This document shows positions 61,253 through 64,000 of a DNA stretch of 64,000 nt, piece after piece. Numbering within the stretch: position 1 is the first letter of the stretch; every line of letters starts with the position of its first letter. Source of the stretch: a bacterium HR37 (lineage in GTDB: Bacteria; Desulfobacterota_D; UBA1144; Nemesobacterales; CSP1-2); contig BEIN01000009.1 of the NCBI GenBank assembly GCA_002898375.1, positions 8,935 through 72,934 of the forward strand, written 5' to 3'. The notes below the pieces were generated by a model. That model made no database searches. It was not told the DNA's origin and was given only the letters and a program-made list of their open reading frames with translations. The position numbers were made by a program, and so were the translations under genes.

Positions 61253-61396
61253 TTCTTCTCCTCCTGTCTTTTAGGTTTTAAAAATTATATCATTTATATG
61301 AACACAGCATCTTGATTTTTTTTCAGTGTGTGGTTATTATTCTCCCCGATTCAAGAATAAATCCCCAAGGAGAGGGACAGAGGTGGAGGTAGAGAA

Positions 61397-61624
61397 ATGG
61401 AGAAGATAGAGAAAGAGCATATGAGTAAGCATGTAGACATTGAGTCTAAGAGGTTTTTCTTTGACGTTAAGGAAAACCATAAGGGAAAGTACCTGAGAAT
61501 AACGGAGTTAAGTGGTGGGAGATCCTGCATAGTGATTCCACTTGGAGGGGTTAAACTCTTTAGGGAGAGATTGGGTGAGATTATAGAAGAAGCCCAAAAG
61601 CTAATCGAGGAAGAGGAAATTTAG
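61397..61624 (+). CDS. Single-repeat PUR-alpha-like ssDNA/RNA-binding protein
   Basis: SKHVDIESKRFFFDVKENHKGKYLRITE...RSCIVIP...F follows the PUR repeat pattern; strong SD. Confidence 0.85.
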   Translation: MEKIEKEHMSKHVDIESKRFFFDVKENHKGKYLRITELSGGRSCIVIPLGGVKLFRERLGEIIEEAQKLIEEEEI

Positions 61625-61677
61625 TGGGGCCAGGGGATTTGTAAAGGTTCCCATAAATACTTATTATTATTTTTAAA

Positions 61678-61752
61678 GGGCGGTTAACTCAGAGGTAGAG
61701 TGCCATCCTCACACGGTGGAAGTCACTGGTTCGAATCCAGTACCGCCCACCA
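61678..61752 (+). tRNA. tRNA-Val (CAC)
   Basis: GGGCGGT/ACCGCCC acceptor, CCATC-CTCACAC-GGTGG anticodon arm and GTTCGAATC T loop; CCA encoded. Confidence 0.95.
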
Positions 61753-61759
61753 GCCCAAT

Positions 61760-61985
61760 GTTTCTTCCCTGCACTTGTTTGCAATGGTAACAGGGGCATC
61801 AACGACTTTGGCATAATATGCCGTTCCCCTCCTTTGCGGTATCTCGGATACTGCTTCTTCAAGGGATAAGGCTTTGCGGTAGTTTTTAACCACGGAAGCA
61901 AAGACTTTTGCGACACTTACAGGTAAATATTAGCAGTTCCTTCTCCCAGGTATCTGAGTGCCCCTTTGTATCCCTTCTTTAAAGC
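61760..61985 (-). pseudogene. Degenerate HD-GYP domain C-terminal fragment
   Basis: A minus-strand frame reads EGIQRGTQIP....*YLPVSVAKVFASVVKNYRKALSLEEAVSEIPQRRGTAYYAKVVDA, with an in-frame TAA at 61930-61932 and no start codon. Confidence 0.55.
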
Positions 61986-62049
61986 ATGTTTAAAGAAGTC
62001 TTTAAGAAGGTTAGGTGTTTTCCCTATTACAAGGTAGCTTGTTTTTGGT

Positions 62050-63429
62050 TTAAAGTCGTTTTGCATTCAGCACCCTTATTTCAACCTCTTCTGGAATGAA
62101 GTTTAGGAATCCAATGCTTATGTTCTTAAAAATCTTTTCGCTGTTTGGAGGAAGAACATCGTTAATCTTAATCTTACTTGAGCCCAGGGGTCTTTTATCG
62201 GTTCTTGAGTAGAAATCAACGCTGAGTTCTATGTTTGTATAGGGTATCGTGCTTTTGTTCTCAAGTATTATCTCCTGAAATACCCCCATGGTTCCTGCAA
62301 TCCCACTCTGTAGCTTAAATCCTTTAACCACGATATCTGCTTTTGGGAAGGCTTCTTCATCTGTTTTTTTAAATGTTGTCTCTAATATATTTGATACTCC
62401 CTTTTCTTCAGTATCTTGCTTTTGGTATTCCGTGATTTCAGGCCCTTTCTCAAGGGCCAGCTCTTTCTCTGAGTGCTCACCTGACCTCTGGGGTAGGGTT
62501 TTTCCCTCAGATACCTTCTCTTTTCTGTTCTGGGTTTTTGTACTTTGTTCCAGCTTCTCTCTATATCTTTCGGCAAGTGATGGCTTCTTACGGCTTTCAT
62601 CCGGGGTCTCTACCTTTTGAGACAGCCTGGATTGTGGTTCCCCGCCAGCTCCCTTGTTTTTTCCCTCTGCCATCTTCTCAGCTATCCTGTACCTTAGCTC
62701 TTTTGTCGTTATCTCTTTTGCATCGGCTACAGTAATTATGGCTCTACTTGCATTTGGGTGTCTAAAGCCAACATTTATGTCGTAGAAGGTCCTTGTGCTT
62801 CTTGCTGGAAGGACATCATGGATGACAACCATTGTCGGTCCAAGTTTTGGTATGCTTCTGCCAAGGTACTCAATTTGAAGCTTAATGTCCTTATAGTGGT
62901 TTTCGCTTTTGTTCTCCAGTGTTATCTCCTTTAAAATGCCTTCGGTAGCATACTGACCACCTGTCCAACTCCATTCTCTTACCACAATTGAGTTTCTTGC
63001 GATGCCTGAGGGTGTCTTTTCCGGAGCGGTTGGTTCTGCATCTACAACTCTTACTGTGGCCTTTTGAAGATCAGAATGCATTATCCCGAAGTTAACTCTG
63101 TGGAAGGTTTTCTCGCTTCCTGCTGGAAGTGTGTCGTGTATTGTGGCTCTTAGGGAGCCAAGGGGGATGTCATTTACGGTATAAAAGTCTGCTTCCAGTT
63201 CTATGTTTTTGTAGTCCAGGTTACCCTTGTTCTGAAGGGTTATCTCCTCAAGTATGCCTTCTCTCCCAATCCCACCGGATTGCCACCTGTATTCCTTAAC
63301 CAGTATTACTTTTCTTGGAGATTCAACCTCTTTTGCTTCTGTATAGATATGGTGGATAAAAAAGGCAGTAAGTAAGATAAGAACGGCAGAAACGCTTAGT
63401 TTGTATAACTCTTTAGTTTTATAATTCAT
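62050..63429 (-). CDS. Membrane-anchored protein with three repeated FxLYD-like beta domains
   Basis: N-terminal TM; three copies of GIL.EITL.NK...YKNI.L...IHD.LP...K.F; charged linker before the third copy. Confidence 0.75.
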   Translation of the reverse strand: MNYKTKELYKLSVSAVLILLTAFFIHHIYTEAKEVESPRKVILVKEYRWQSGGIGREGILEEITLQNKGNLDYKNIELEADFYTVNDIPLGSLRATIHDTLPAGSEKTFHRVNFGIMHSDLQKATVRVVDAEPTAPEKTPSGIARNSIVVREWSWTGGQYATEGILKEITLENKSENHYKDIKLQIEYLGRSIPKLGPTMVVIHDVLPARSTRTFYDINVGFRHPNASRAIITVADAKEITTKELRYRIAEKMAEGKNKGAGGEPQSRLSQKVETPDESRKKPSLAERYREKLEQSTKTQNRKEKVSEGKTLPQRSGEHSEKELALEKGPEITEYQKQDTEEKGVSNILETTFKKTDEEAFPKADIVVKGFKLQSGIAGTMGVFQEIILENKSTIPYTNIELSVDFYSRTDKRPLGSSKIKINDVLPPNSEKIFKNISIGFLNFIPEEVEIRVLNAKRL

Positions 63430-63622
63430 AGCTCTACCTCTGGATTTTTTACGGAATAAGATTATACAATATTACACCCAAAATAATAATACCCTCGTGT
63501 GCTCTTGATTGTTATTGGAGTTAAAATAGCTTCTGCGAGCACAAAAATACTTGATTAGTGTTAAGGAAAAATGGTATAAGAATATTGCGTGATCTTGATT
63601 AAAAACCAAGGAGGGGCTTTAA

Positions 63623-63988
63623 ATGCCTACCTATATATTGCTTAGCAAGCTTACACCAAAGGGTAGGGAGACTATAAAGGAGAGACCGGATAGAATCAAA
63701 GAGGTGGATATGGAGCTGGAGAACATGGGGGTTAAAGTGGTTGAGCAGTATGCTACCTTGGGACCTTATGATTTTGTAAACGTTGTTGAAGCTCCCGATA
63801 ATGAAACCATAAGCAAGGTATCTGTTGAGCTATCTTCACGAGGTACGGTTGAGATAATGACCTTACCGGCTGTTCCTGTAGAGTCTTTTATATCCTCTGT
63901 ATCCTCACTTAAAAAGATGCTAAAGAAGACCGCGGCGAAGAAAAAGGCTACCAAGGCAAAGGGTAAGTCCAGAGCAAGGAAAAAGTAG
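63623..63988 (+). CDS. GYD domain protein with Lys/Ala-rich tail
   Basis: MPTYILLSKLT..G and YATLGPYDFV..VEAPD motifs; SD AGGAGG. Confidence 0.85.
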   Translation: MPTYILLSKLTPKGRETIKERPDRIKEVDMELENMGVKVVEQYATLGPYDFVNVVEAPDNETISKVSVELSSRGTVEIMTLPAVPVESFISSVSSLKKMLKKTAAKKKATKAKGKSRARKK

Positions 63989-64000
63989 GGTTTGGTAGTT

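Noticed and set aside
63551-63602. FNR/CRP-like half sites upstream of the GYD gene
   Set aside because: Only partial matches in an AT-rich region; TTGATT also fits a -35 element.

Overview
A gene-dense (roughly 40% GC by eye) core-chromosome segment from a diderm bacterium. AGA/AGG and ATA codon use and charged-residue-rich proteins suggest a thermophile, and the gene content fits a Deltaproteobacteria-like lineage such as Ca. Dadabacteria; this taxonomy is inference only. It holds about 68 CDSs. Housekeeping blocks include aguB-aguA, dapB-tgt-yajC-secD-secF-pheS-dcd-gyrB, tatA-nuoG-nuoH, tRNA-Ser/ffs/dnaX/ybaB/recR, hemD::hemE-hemH-hemY, lysA, ddl and a thiolase. There are three tRNAs (Ser-GGA, Leu-CAA, Val-CAC) and an SRP RNA. 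I saw no CRISPR array, integrase, transposase or prophage. The points most worth following up are: a single-repeat PUR-alpha-like protein with a PUR-element-like purine tract in its own leader; a bacterial Clp1/Grc3 RNA kinase; three canonical sigma54 promoters, two of them back-to-back beside a two-component system; a HemD-HemE fusion; an FZL-like solo dynamin; a TetR plus tandem AhpD redox module; several apparent pseudo-enzymes; and a decayed HD-GYP remnant abutting tRNA-Val. All family calls come from motif recognition, not database searches.
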